From: Candidatus Latescibacterota bacterium
GTDB lineage: Bacteria; Latescibacterota; UBA2968; UBA8231
Length of the DNA: 64,000 nucleotides
Reading direction: 5' to 3'
Assembly: GCA_964291625.2 (NCBI GenBank)
Contig: OZ220089.1
Location: forward strand, 3,584,001 to 3,648,000
Shown here: positions 51,196 through 61,835 of the stretch, one piece after another
Position numbering within the stretch: the stretch's first letter is position 1
Layout of the letters: each line of letters begins with the position of its first letter
Program-made: the position numbers and the translations under genes
The notes under the pieces: generated by a model
What the model was told of the DNA's origin: nothing
Seen by the model: only the letters and a program-made list of their open reading frames with translations
The model's database searches: none

Positions 51196-52664
51196 AGGGC
51201 ATCGAGATCAACGCCAACTCCGGCGGACGGGTGCACCTGACGGGAGCGACCCTGAAGGAAGGGGATTGGTGTCTGCGTGTGCCCTACCCGGAGCACGTCA
51301 CGCTGGGCAACGCCACCTTCACCAACTGCGGCCTGATGAAGCCGGTCGGGGATCACGACGTGCGCGAGTTCGAGAAGCTCGGCGACGACTACTGGACCGC
51401 CGGCTACAAGGTCCGGAGTTCCGTCACCGGCCCCAAAGACTCCCCGGCGAGTGCGGCATGGTCCCTGTCCGGAGACGATGCCGGCCAGCTCGAGATCAAC
51501 GCCGGCAGCGGCGTCCTGACGTTCGCGGATCCCGGGGCCGACTTCGAGGCTCGCTCGGACCGCGTCTACACGGCCACCATCCAGGCCGTCGTTGGACCGT
51601 CCGCAGCTCCTCTTGCCACGGTCGAGCAGGACGTGAAGATCACGGTCCTGGACGTCCCGGCCCCCGATGCGCCGGCCGTCACCCTGGATCCCGACAGCGG
51701 CCGTGAGACGGCGGGGGCGACGGTCACCCTGGACGACGACCAGGGAATGCGGGTGAGGCAGGTCCTGGCCCGGCTGTCGTCCGTGCCGGTGGATGACCCG
51801 GAAGGCACGCGCCAGTGGCACCCGCTGGGCCGGCCCAACGCGCCCGGCTCGCCGAGTGAGGCGGACGGGTTCCACGAGACCTCGATCGCGTACACGAACG
51901 ACAGCACCTACGAGTCCTGGAAGGAGTCCGGCACGGCGTACGAGTGGAGCGTATCGCCCGACCGGACCTACCGGTTCGAGGCGAAACTCGAGAACCTCGA
52001 AGGAGAGAGCGAGGTCGGGAGCGTCTCGTACACCCCCCCGCCGAGGGATCCTCTGACCATCTCGGGCCCGGCCACGCCCTTCTACTACATCGACTGGACG
52101 GCTCCCATCGGGACGTACACCGCGGCCGACAGCGACGGCGACGCGGTGACGGGTCTCTCCTGGACGGCCTCGGACGACAAGTTCGTCATCAGCGAGGCCG
52201 GGCAACTGAGCTGGGCCACCGGCCAGAGGCCCGCCTACAGCGAGAGCGGCCGCAACGAGTACGAGGTGAACGTCGAGGCCAGCAGCTCGACCCACGAGTC
52301 GCCCGAGTACGCCGTCACGGTAACCCTCCGGCGCAATACCGCCGGGCAGGTCTCCCTGACGAATTCCGATCCGCCGACCTCGGGGGAGACGATGGTGGCC
52401 AGTCTCACCGATCCCGATGATCCCAAGACCATCCTGTCGTGGACTTGGGCCCGGATCTCCGGGGACGACGAGACGCCGCTGACGGGCACGGACTCCGAGG
52501 ATGGTCTGACATCGAAGTACCAGATGGACAGCGAGGACGTAGGCGCCCGGGTCCGCGCCACGGTTACCTACGACGACGCTCACCAGGACGGGGCGACGGC
52601 CGCCCGCACGACGGCGGCTGTGGAGCCGGGGAACAGTGCGCCGACGATCTCGGGCGAAGCGACG

Positions 52665-54420
52665 GTCACCATGGACGAGCATAGCACCACGGTGGCCTCC
52701 TACGAGGCCGATGATCCCGACGCAGTCGACACGATCACGTGGCAGGCTCTGGAGGGCGCGGACGCCGACAGCTTCGAGGTGGAAGGCACGGGGAACACCC
52801 GCACCCTGAGGTGGCGGAACGCCCCCGACTACGAGAAACTGCCCAAGTATCAGTTCACGGTGGTCCTGAAGGTCCGCGACAACCACGGGGCCCTGAGCGA
52901 CCCGAAGACCGTCACCGTCAAGGTGCGCAACATCGACGAACCGGGCACCGTCACCCTTTCCACCTATCCTCCCAAGCCCTGCGCGCCCGTCTCCGCAACC
53001 CTCAGGGATCCGGATGGGGGCATCACCTTGGAGGGAAGAGACACCTACGGCTGGATGTGGCCGATCCAGGATTCCCCGCCGTCGCCGGCCCGTGCGCCCC
53101 CGCGTCCTTTGGTTGCCACCCGAACCTACACGCCGAAGAACCGGGACGTGGGCAAGACCATTCAGGCAACGGTCCAGTACGGAGACGCTCAGGGCCCCAA
53201 CAAGAGCGCCACGTCCGCCTCCAGCACCACCGTGGTCGCCAACATCCCACGAGCTCCCGGACGCTACATGGTGACGGGTGGGGTGGAGTCGGTCCGCCTG
53301 GCCTGGACCAAGCCGGACGATTGTGGCTCGGAGATCACCGAGTACCAGTACAAGTATCGGCGGGGCACCGGCGACTGGACGACCGGCACGATCGACAAGA
53401 GCCAGACCTCCCATACGATCAGCGGGCTGGATGGAGGCGTCGAGTACCAGGTGCAACTGCGAGCCCGCAACGGCGTGTCTCACAACTCGGGCTACAGCGC
53501 GGCGGTCACCAGCTCCGCCACGACGATTGACGGGAATGATCCTCCCACACTGGAAGGCCCCGGGGAGGTCACCATGGACGAGCATAGCACCACGGTGGCC
53601 TCCTACGGGGCCGATGATCCCGACGCAGGCGACACGATCACGTGGGAGGCTCTGGAGGGCGCGGACGCCGACAGCTTCGAGGTGGAAGGCACGGGAAACA
53701 CCCGCACCCTGAGGTGGCGGAACGCTCCCAACTACGAGGAACTGCCCAAGTATCAGTTCACGGTGGCCCTCAAGGTCCGCGACAACCACGGGGCCCTGAG
53801 CGACCCGAAGAGCGTCACCGTCAAGGTGCGCAACATCGACGAACCGGGCACGGTCACCTTCTCCACGACGGTCCCCAAGGCCTGCGGGTCCGTCACGGCC
53901 ACTCTGCGAGATCCGGACGGCGGCATCAACCTGGAGAACACGGACGAGACCTATGGATGGGCGTGGACCGCTCAGGATTCGCCGCCGGCCCGTGCACCGC
54001 TCATACCGGTGTCCGTCACCGAGTCCTACGAGGTCCGGAACCGAGACGTGGGCAAGACGCTTCGGGCCTCGGTCTTGTATGGGGACTCTCAAGGTCCCGA
54101 CAAGTCCGCCGCTGCCACTACTCTGACCATACTGGCCAATGTCCCGAAGGCCCCTGGGGGCTACGATGTCACCGGTGGGGTGGAGTCGGTCCGCCTGGCC
54201 TGGACCAAGCCGGACGATTGTGGCTCGGCGATCACTGAGTACCAGTACAAGTATCGGCGGGGCACCGGGAACTGGACGACCGGCACGGTCGGCAAGAGCC
54301 AGACCTCCCATACGATCAGCGGGCTGGATGGAGGCGTCGAGTACCAGGTGCAACTGCGAGCCCGCAACGGCGCGTCTCACAACTCGGGCTACAGCGCGGC
54401 GGTCACCAGATCCGCCACGA
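52665..54420 (+). repeat. Intragenic tandem duplication, 903-bp period (cadherin-like + linker + FN3 unit)
   Basis: ACCATGGACGAGCATAGCACC recurs with ATG at 52671 and 53574; near-identical FN3-coding blocks. Confidence 0.85.
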
Positions 54421-55934
54421 CACAGCATGGGAATCGCGGTCCCACACTCGACGACGGCACGGCCTCCGTGGCGGAGAACTCCACTGCTGTCGGCACCTAC
54501 ACGGCGACCGACCCCGACGCAGGAGATGTCCTCCGATGGAGCCTGAGCGACGAAACGACGTTCAGCATCACGGCCTCGTCGGACACGCGCAGTGGTACCC
54601 TGGTCTTCGACAACGCTCCCAACTACGAGACCAAGAGCAGTTACTCGGTCGTCATCACGGTAACGGATCAGGCCGGGGCCACGGACACGGGCACCATCGG
54701 CATCACGGTCACCAACGAGGACGATCCCGGTGTCGTCATCCTCACCCCGTCGTCGCCTCGTGTCGGAGATACCGTCCGGGCGGCCTTGACCGACGAAGAT
54801 GGGGTCACCAACGCCCAGGGCTGGGCGTGGTCTACCGAATCGAGTGCCTCTTCCGCCTCGGGCGAGGGCTCGGACCGCACGCCCCGGTTCAACACGGAAT
54901 TCGACGTCACCAGTGCTCATGTCGGCCAGTACATCAAGGCCTCTCGGAGCTATGACGACAATCACGGGTCGGGCAAGTCCGCGACCGGCACCACCGGGAG
55001 CGTCCGCGCCAACAAGCCCAAGGCGCCGCCCAACCTCCGCGCGGCTCGCGGCGATGGGGAGGTCACCCTGACGTGGGATGCGGCCGATGACCAGGGAGCC
55101 ACCATCGACCGCTACAACTACCGCTACAAGACCCGTGACGGCACGTACGGCAACTACAAGCGTGTCTACTCCCGGAGCAAGACCATCGACGGTCTCACCA
55201 ACGGCACCGAGTACGATTTCCAGGTGAGGGGGCACAACTCCGAGGGCTTCGGGCCTCCCTCGTCCACCTCCGCCACTCCGGCCGGCAAGCCCGATGCCCC
55301 GAGCGGCTTCAGCCATGGGCGCAGCGGGGCCAACTCGGTCACCGTCTCGTGGGACGAGCCGGAGGACAACGGCTCGGCCATCACGGGGTACTACTGGTAC
55401 AAGAGACAGGGGCCGACGTGGAGTGCTCCGACATGGGTGACGGACAGAGAGTTCACGGACGACAATTCCTGGAACGCCCGGTCGCATAGATACGCGGTCA
55501 GGTCCAAGAACGGCGTCGGAGAAAGCGACATGGCCGAGTACACCGTGCCCGCAGAGGAGCAGAGGAGGTCGGCCAAGCCTGTGGCCGACTTCGCGGACTC
55601 GACCGGCTTCGGGGTCATGGCGGCCCCCAATCCGTTCAACCCGGAGACCGCGATCTTCCTGGCTCTCCCCGAGGCGATGGCGGTGAGTCTGACCGTCTAC
55701 GGCATCACCGGCCAGGAGGTCGCCAGTCTCCGCGAGGGGCAGGTGCTGGAGGCTGGGCTACACAGCATCCGGTGGGCCGGGAGAGACGACCAGGGACGGC
55801 CTGTGGGCTCAGGAATCTATCTGTACAGACTCCTCGCTGGGACCGAAGCGAGGGTTGGGAAGATGCTGCTGATTCGGTGAGGCGGCGGTGACATGAGGCG
55901 GGTCGCAGACCGGAACTCAAAAGGAGTTGAAGCG

Positions 55935-58900
55935 ATGAAGGGACTCATGGCCACTCTCATTCTTGCGCCCTTGGCTGTCTGCCATGCCTCTCCTTCGCCC
56001 TCCGACAGCCTGCACTCCTGTCTGCTCCGCGAGCCGGAACTGGAGCCGCCCGCCGGCCGCGTGGCCGGCAAGCGGCTGGCGGACCGGGACGCGGGCGAGC
56101 CCCGCACCGTCCGGATGTTCTACTTCCTGCCCAACGACCGTCCATTCCGCCGGGCCGTGGTGCAGAGGATCAAGGACGAGATGCTTGGCATGCAGGCCTG
56201 GTACGGCGAGCAGATGGAGGGCCACGGGTACGGGTACAAGACCCTCCGCCTGGAGACCGATGACAACGGCGATCCGCTGGTTCACCGCGTGAATGGGCAG
56301 CACCCCGACAGTCGATATCTCGCCAGGACCTGGATCACCGTGCTCGACGAGATAGAGGCATCCTTCGATCTGTCGAAGAGTATCGTCGTCGTCGTGGTCG
56401 ACAACAGCAACAACCTGATCGACCAGTCCGTGGCCGGAGCGGCGGCCTGGAACGGGAAGGAGGGCGGCATCGCCATGGTGGGAGGTGAGTTCGCCTGGGA
56501 TACCCTGGCCCATGAACTGACCCACACCTTCGGCTTGGGACACGATTACCGCGATGACAGATACATCCTGTCCTACGGCCTGGATGTCAGGAGCGTGCTG
56601 TCGGCGTGCAGCGCCGGCGTCCTGGCCGTTCATCCCTACTTCAATCCCGATGTCGGCCTCGAGTGGGGCCAGGGGCCGGCCATCGAGCTCCTCTCGGCGA
56701 CGACCTATCGCGAGGGCTCGCAGAGCGTTCCCATCCGGCTGAGAGTCAGCGACGCCGACGGGCTTCAGACAGTGCGCGTGAGAGTTCGCACCAGGGAGAC
56801 CCACGACGCCCGGATCGGGGGAGGTTGGGAAACGAAGACCTGCCGGGGATTGACGGGCGAAGAAGAAGCCGTCGTGGAAATCGACTACGACGGCGTGATC
56901 CCTTCGGGCAGTGCCTGGGGGTTCTCGGATCTCTCCGATCCCAAGGTGCATCCGATCAGCATCATCGTGATCGACAGGGACGGCAACCGGTCAGGTCACA
57001 GGTTCCAGTTGTGGGAACTGTCCCGGCAGCATCTGGCCACCTTGGAGCTGGCGCAGGAGGTCCATGGGTTGGCCTTTGTGCCGGGTGCCACCACACTCGC
57101 CTCGGGGTCGGGAGAGGGAGTGAAGCTGTGGGACCCGGCGAGGCGGACAAGGACCACGACCCCTCTGGCCGTCGACGTCACGGCCCTGGCCGTTTCCTCG
57201 GACGGGGCGACCCTGGCCTCGGGCTCCCGCAGCGGTCAGGTCCAGCTCTTTGATCTGCGGGGCCGCCGGGTGATCGCAACCCTCACCGGGCCTGCTCACC
57301 CGATCCGCTCCTTGGCCTTCACCCGCGACGGCAGGACCCTTGCCTCGGGGGCCCCGGACGCCATCCGGCTGTGGGACGTGGAGATGCGGACCCGCACCGC
57401 GACCCTGCCGGCGGGGGCCTTGTCGGTAGCCTTCTCGCCCGACGGCGCGACTCTCGCCTCCGGCTCGGAAGATGGCGTGCGCCTCTGGGATGTGGAGAGG
57501 CAGACCGAGATTGCGACCTACCAGCACAGCGGTGACGAATGGGGGCCCGGGGTCAACACCGTGGCTTTCTCCCCGGATGGAATCCTGGTCGCCTCCGGCG
57601 GGGACGATACCACCGTGCGGCTGTGGGACGTGGCGGCAGGCGAGAACGCCGCGGTCCTGGAGGGGCATGAGCGCCCCGTCCGATCGGTGTCGTTCTCGGC
57701 CGACGGGACCCTGCTCGCTTCCGGGGCGGACCTGGTCGTGAACTTGTGGGACCCGGTGGCGAAGGAGAGGCTCGTCACCCTGCGGGGTGAGGGCCGGGAG
57801 GTCAAGACCGTTGCCTTCTCGCCGGATGGCACGACGCTTGCCGCGGGAAGCGAGGATGGCAGGATCGGACTGTGGGACGTGTCCGAGTGGCGGGCTTCCC
57901 GGCCTCAGAGGCTGGTGGTGATCTCCGGCGACGCTCAGCAGGGGATGAGCGGCGAGCCACTGGCCGAGCCGCTGGTGGTGGAGGTCCGGGATCAGTACGG
58001 CAATCCCCTGCCAGGTGTCGAGATCGACTTTGTGGTCGCGGAGGGAGATGGCAGGGTCGGCGCGCGGTTCACGCTGGAAAGAACGACGAGCGATCCCGAC
58101 GGACGGGCCGAGGTCGTGCTCACGCTGGGCCCGGCTCAGGGAACGAACACCGTGGAGGTATCGGTTCCCGGGCTCGAGGCCGTCTCCTTCCGTGCCGCCG
58201 GGATCGGAGAACCGCAGACCACACCCATGGAGGGGGATATCAGTACCTGGCAACTACCCGACGCCGCGATCACCCGGCTGGGCAAGGGGGATATCAAGGA
58301 TGTCGCCTTTTCCCCGAATGGGGAACTCCTCGCTGTGCCGACGGACATCGGCATCTGGCTCTACGATGTGGCGACATCCCGGGAGGTCGCTCTTCTGCCT
58401 ACGCGTCGGCTATGGGACATAGCTTTTTCGCCTGATGGGCGAACCCTCGCGTCCTGCGGGGCCTACAAGGACCCTATCAGGCTTTGGGAAGTGGCCACGG
58501 GTGAAGAGACTGCAACCATTGACTACGACGCTACCGCCCTGGCCTTCTCTCCGGACGGCAAGACCCTGGCTTCCGGATCGAACTACGGGATCGAGGTGTG
58601 GGACGTGGAGACGAGGTCTCAGAGGGCGACGATGTCCACCGCGGAGGGTACCTGGGGCATCCACTCGGTGGCCTTTTCGCCCGATGGCAGAACGATGGCG
58701 GCCGGGTCGTGGTTGGATTACTCGGTGCAACTGTGGGACGTGGAGACAACGACAAAGCTCGCAACCATGGAGGGGCACAGGGATGAAGTCAATTCCGTGT
58801 CTTTCGCCCCTGACGGGAGGACGGTTGCCTCCGCGTCGCAGGACCACACGGTCAGGCTTTGGGATGTGGCCACCCAGTCCATCGCCGCCATCTTCGAGGG

Positions 58901-61421
58901 ACATGACAGCTGGGTCCGCTCCGTGGACTTTTCTCCCGACGGAGCCTTCCTCGCCTCGGCATCGACGGATGTCAAGCTGTGGGACGTCGCTACGGGCCAC
59001 GCTACCACCTTCTCCGCCGCAGGTGGTCGTGTGGCCTTTTCCCCTGATGGGAGGAGACTGGCTTCGCTCTCAAGGGGTGGAGTCGCCATCTGGGACCTGG
59101 CCACGGGCAACGCCGCCGCCATCGGGGGCGGTCACTTCGGTGGGGGTTCCCTTTCGGTGGCCCTCTCGCCGGATGGCGCGACGCTCGCGTCGGTAAGCTA
59201 TCTGGATGTCTACCTGTGGGACGTGGCGACCGCGACCAACACCGCCGTTCTCGAGGGACATGAGGGCAGGCTCAATTCCGTGGTCTTTTCACCGGATGGT
59301 GCCACCCTGGCCTCCGGGGCCTCGGATCAGACGATCAGATTGTGGGACGTGGCGACTGGCGCCGCCCTGGCCACTCTCGAAGCGAGGGGCCGCAGGGCAT
59401 GGACCAGCGTCGTGGCCTTTTCGCCGGACGGCCGGAGGATCGCATCGGGGCACGGCAATGGCACAGTCAAGGTCTGGGACCTGGAGACGGGGACAAACAC
59501 CGTGACTCTGGAGGGAGGGCATACCTACGCCGTCGGCTGGCTGGCGTTTTCCCCTGATGGCGAAACCTTGGCTACCTCCTCGGCAGAACTGGCCATGTGG
59601 GACCTGGCGACGGAGACCAATATCCTCACTCAGGAGGATGCTCCGGAGGGGATCTACACGGTCTCCTTTGCTCCCGATGGGACCGCTCTCGTTCTTGCAA
59701 GGCCGTCTGAGGACCCCGAGTCCCCCGTTTCGATATGGGAAGTCCCGGCGGGGGAGGAGACGGCTGCGCTGTCCGTCGAGTACCCGGGCTGGCCCTCTTC
59801 CGGGGCCTTTTCCCCTGATGGTTCGATCGTCCTTTCGGGAAACTCGCCCTACAATGTCGACGTGGTGGAGGTGCGGGACGTTGCGACGGGCACCTTGATC
59901 GCCGCCCTCGAAGGGCACGGAGAGCAGGTCGGGGCCCTGGCCTTTTCGGGTGACGGATCGACCTTCGCCTCCACGTCCTACGACGGCACGGTACTGGTTT
60001 GGGAACTTCAACGTGCGCTGCTTCACCCGAGGAGCTTGACGGGGCTGTCCGGCGATGACCAGGAGGGGTTGCCCAACGCGGCTTTGCCCGAGCCTCTTGT
60101 CGTCGAGGTGCGGGATCAGCACGGAGATCCGCTGCCGGGCGTCGAGGTTGTCTTCAGGGTCATCCACGGCGGTGGGAACCTCTCGGTGGAGACCACCGAG
60201 ACCGACGACCACGGCCGGGCAGCCAGCACCCTGACCCTGGGCGGCGCACCGGGACGAAACACCGTGCTGGCCATCTTGAGCGATCGCGTGCTGGCCATGG
60301 TGAGAGATATCGAGGCCGTGGTCTTCACTGCCGAGACCCGGTCGACTCCCACGACCCTGGACAAGCTCGGGGGCGATGAACAGCAGGGGCCGAGCGGCTC
60401 CCCCCTGGACGAGCCTTTCGTCGTCTCTCTGCTCGACCAGGTCGGTTCCCCCTATGCCGGGGCGACGGTCACCTTTGCGGTGACCGCCGGCGACGGCACC
60501 CTCTCGGCGGCCACGGCCACCACGGACGCCCGGGGCCGCGCCTCCAGCACCCTGACCCTGGGCCGCACTCCGGGGCCCGTCACGGTCGAGGTGACGGTGG
60601 CCGGGCTGGAGCCGGTGACCTTCACCGCACTCGGCATGGCCATCCCCCGGAGCCTGGCCAAGCCTTCCGGCGACGAGCAGCAGTCCGAGCCGGGCGCGCA
60701 ACTGTCGGAGCCCCTGGTGGTCTCCGTGCTCGACCAGCACGGGGAAGCCTATCCCGGCGCCGTGGTCACCTTTGCTCTCGCCGGCGACGGCGGAACCCTC
60801 TCGGCCCTCACCGACACCACCGACGCCGAGGGCCTGGCCGCCACCACCCTGACCCTGGGCGAGGAGCCGGGGACCTACACGGTCGTGGCCACGGTGACCG
60901 ATCTCGAGCCGGTGACCTTCACCGCCAGCGCCGAGGCGAGCCCCGACTTCGACGACGACGGCGAGGTCGGCTTCTCGGACTTCTTCCTCTTCGCCGAGGC
61001 CTTCGGGGGCAGCGATCCCCGCTTCGACCTGGACGCCAGCGGCGAGGTGGACTTCGCCGACTTCTTCCTCTTGGCCGAGCACTTCGGGCAGCCGGCGCGG
61101 GCCAAGCTGGTAGCCTTGGCCCGGGAGATGATCGGCCTGCCGGAGGGTCCGCAGCTGAGGCAGAACGCCCCCAATCCCTTCAACAGCGGAACGGTCATCT
61201 CCTGGTTCCAGCTGCAGTCCGGTGCGGCGCGTCTGGAGGTGTTCGCGCTGACCGGCCAGCGGGTGGCGGTGCTGCACCACGGTCCGCGCAAAGCCGGGTT
61301 CCACCACCTGCGCTGGGACGGGCGCGACCAGCGGGGCCGCCTGCTCGCCAGCGGCGTCTACCTCTACCGTCTGGTGACAACCGAGGCCGTGCAGACGCGC
61401 AAGCTCACCCTGCTGCGATAG
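55935..61421 (+). CDS. Secreted metzincin-like protease with multiple WD40 propellers, Big_1-like domains, dockerin-like EF-hands and FlgD/T9SS-like CTD
   Basis: AAGGAG SD; HELTHTFGLGH; ~20 AFSPDG..LAS...LWDV repeats; DFDDDGEVGFSDF; NAPNPFN...TRKLTLLR. Confidence 0.88.
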   Translation: MKGLMATLILAPLAVCHASPSPSDSLHSCLLREPELEPPAGRVAGKRLADRDAGEPRTVRMFYFLPNDRPFRRAVVQRIKDEMLGMQAWYGEQMEGHGYGYKTLRLETDDNGDPLVHRVNGQHPDSRYLARTWITVLDEIEASFDLSKSIVVVVVDNSNNLIDQSVAGAAAWNGKEGGIAMVGGEFAWDTLAHELTHTFGLGHDYRDDRYILSYGLDVRSVLSACSAGVLAVHPYFNPDVGLEWGQGPAIELLSATTYREGSQSVPIRLRVSDADGLQTVRVRVRTRETHDARIGGGWETKTCRGLTGEEEAVVEIDYDGVIPSGSAWGFSDLSDPKVHPISIIVIDRDGNRSGHRFQLWELSRQHLATLELAQEVHGLAFVPGATTLASGSGEGVKLWDPARRTRTTTPLAVDVTALAVSSDGATLASGSRSGQVQLFDLRGRRVIATLTGPAHPIRSLAFTRDGRTLASGAPDAIRLWDVEMRTRTATLPAGALSVAFSPDGATLASGSEDGVRLWDVERQTEIATYQHSGDEWGPGVNTVAFSPDGILVASGGDDTTVRLWDVAAGENAAVLEGHERPVRSVSFSADGTLLASGADLVVNLWDPVAKERLVTLRGEGREVKTVAFSPDGTTLAAGSEDGRIGLWDVSEWRASRPQRLVVISGDAQQGMSGEPLAEPLVVEVRDQYGNPLPGVEIDFVVAEGDGRVGARFTLERTTSDPDGRAEVVLTLGPAQGTNTVEVSVPGLEAVSFRAAGIGEPQTTPMEGDISTWQLPDAAITRLGKGDIKDVAFSPNGELLAVPTDIGIWLYDVATSREVALLPTRRLWDIAFSPDGRTLASCGAYKDPIRLWEVATGEETATIDYDATALAFSPDGKTLASGSNYGIEVWDVETRSQRATMSTAEGTWGIHSVAFSPDGRTMAAGSWLDYSVQLWDVETTTKLATMEGHRDEVNSVSFAPDGRTVASASQDHTVRLWDVATQSIAAIFEGHDSWVRSVDFSPDGAFLASASTDVKLWDVATGHATTFSAAGGRVAFSPDGRRLASLSRGGVAIWDLATGNAAAIGGGHFGGGSLSVALSPDGATLASVSYLDVYLWDVATATNTAVLEGHEGRLNSVVFSPDGATLASGASDQTIRLWDVATGAALATLEARGRRAWTSVVAFSPDGRRIASGHGNGTVKVWDLETGTNTVTLEGGHTYAVGWLAFSPDGETLATSSAELAMWDLATETNILTQEDAPEGIYTVSFAPDGTALVLARPSEDPESPVSIWEVPAGEETAALSVEYPGWPSSGAFSPDGSIVLSGNSPYNVDVVEVRDVATGTLIAALEGHGEQVGALAFSGDGSTFASTSYDGTVLVWELQRALLHPRSLTGLSGDDQEGLPNAALPEPLVVEVRDQHGDPLPGVEVVFRVIHGGGNLSVETTETDDHGRAASTLTLGGAPGRNTVLAILSDRVLAMVRDIEAVVFTAETRSTPTTLDKLGGDEQQGPSGSPLDEPFVVSLLDQVGSPYAGATVTFAVTAGDGTLSAATATTDARGRASSTLTLGRTPGPVTVEVTVAGLEPVTFTALGMAIPRSLAKPSGDEQQSEPGAQLSEPLVVSVLDQHGEAYPGAVVTFALAGDGGTLSALTDTTDAEGLAATTLTLGEEPGTYTVVATVTDLEPVTFTASAEASPDFDDDGEVGFSDFFLFAEAFGGSDPRFDLDASGEVDFADFFLLAEHFGQPARAKLVALAREMIGLPEGPQLRQNAPNPFNSGTVISWFQLQSGAARLEVFALTGQRVAVLHHGPRKAGFHHLRWDGRDQRGRLLASGVYLYRLVTTEAVQTRKLTLLR

Positions 61422-61835
61422 AGGCCACAGATTCGGAGGGCTATGACTGACAGGAGATGCTGTCCCGACGGCGCCCAGGTGGTAGGGCGTGTCAATTGTC
61501 GCCCGAAATGGCGCCAGGTGCTCTCGGCCAAAGGAGACCACTCGGCGGCGGACTCCTGGAGGCTTCGAATCAGGCGTCGTCGGTGTCGATGCGCTACCCG
61601 TCTGACAGACAGCAAGGCACGACCTGATCGATTGTGGAGACGACCTCGCCCATGACACGGATACAGTGTGCCACCTTGGCGTTGATCGCACTGGGGCCTT
61701 CCCAAGCCGAGGAGACCGAGATCTCCTTCGCTGCAGGAACGAACGACGAAGGCGTGGCGTATGCGGTCAGCGATTCTATCGGACGGGTGATGACGACCTG
61801 GTCCGAGAGTATTCCCCCCACCAGGAGCACGGATC

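Larger units (their letters stand above)
47234..55880 (+). pseudogene. Large secreted M6-like metalloprotease B with cadherin-like and FN3 repeats and FlgD/T9SS-like CTD (~2354 aa reconstructed), interrupted by ISKra4
   Basis: HEIGHLLGFRH; removing the IS and one TSD restores a continuous 7065-nt frame; PDYE/VRNIDE cadherin-like and LAWTKP..GS.IT.Y FN3 motifs; AAPNPFNP...GIYLYRL CTD. Confidence 0.85.

Noticed and set aside
38797-55880. Diversity-generating retroelement or integron as the source of cassette variation
   Set aside because: No RT, no adenine-specific TR/VR pair seen, no integrase or attC-like sites between cassettes
61652-61835. Short signal-peptide-like ORF MTRIQCATLALIALGPSQA...
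   Set aside because: Runs out of frame into the next gene with no recognisable domain; at best a gene remnant
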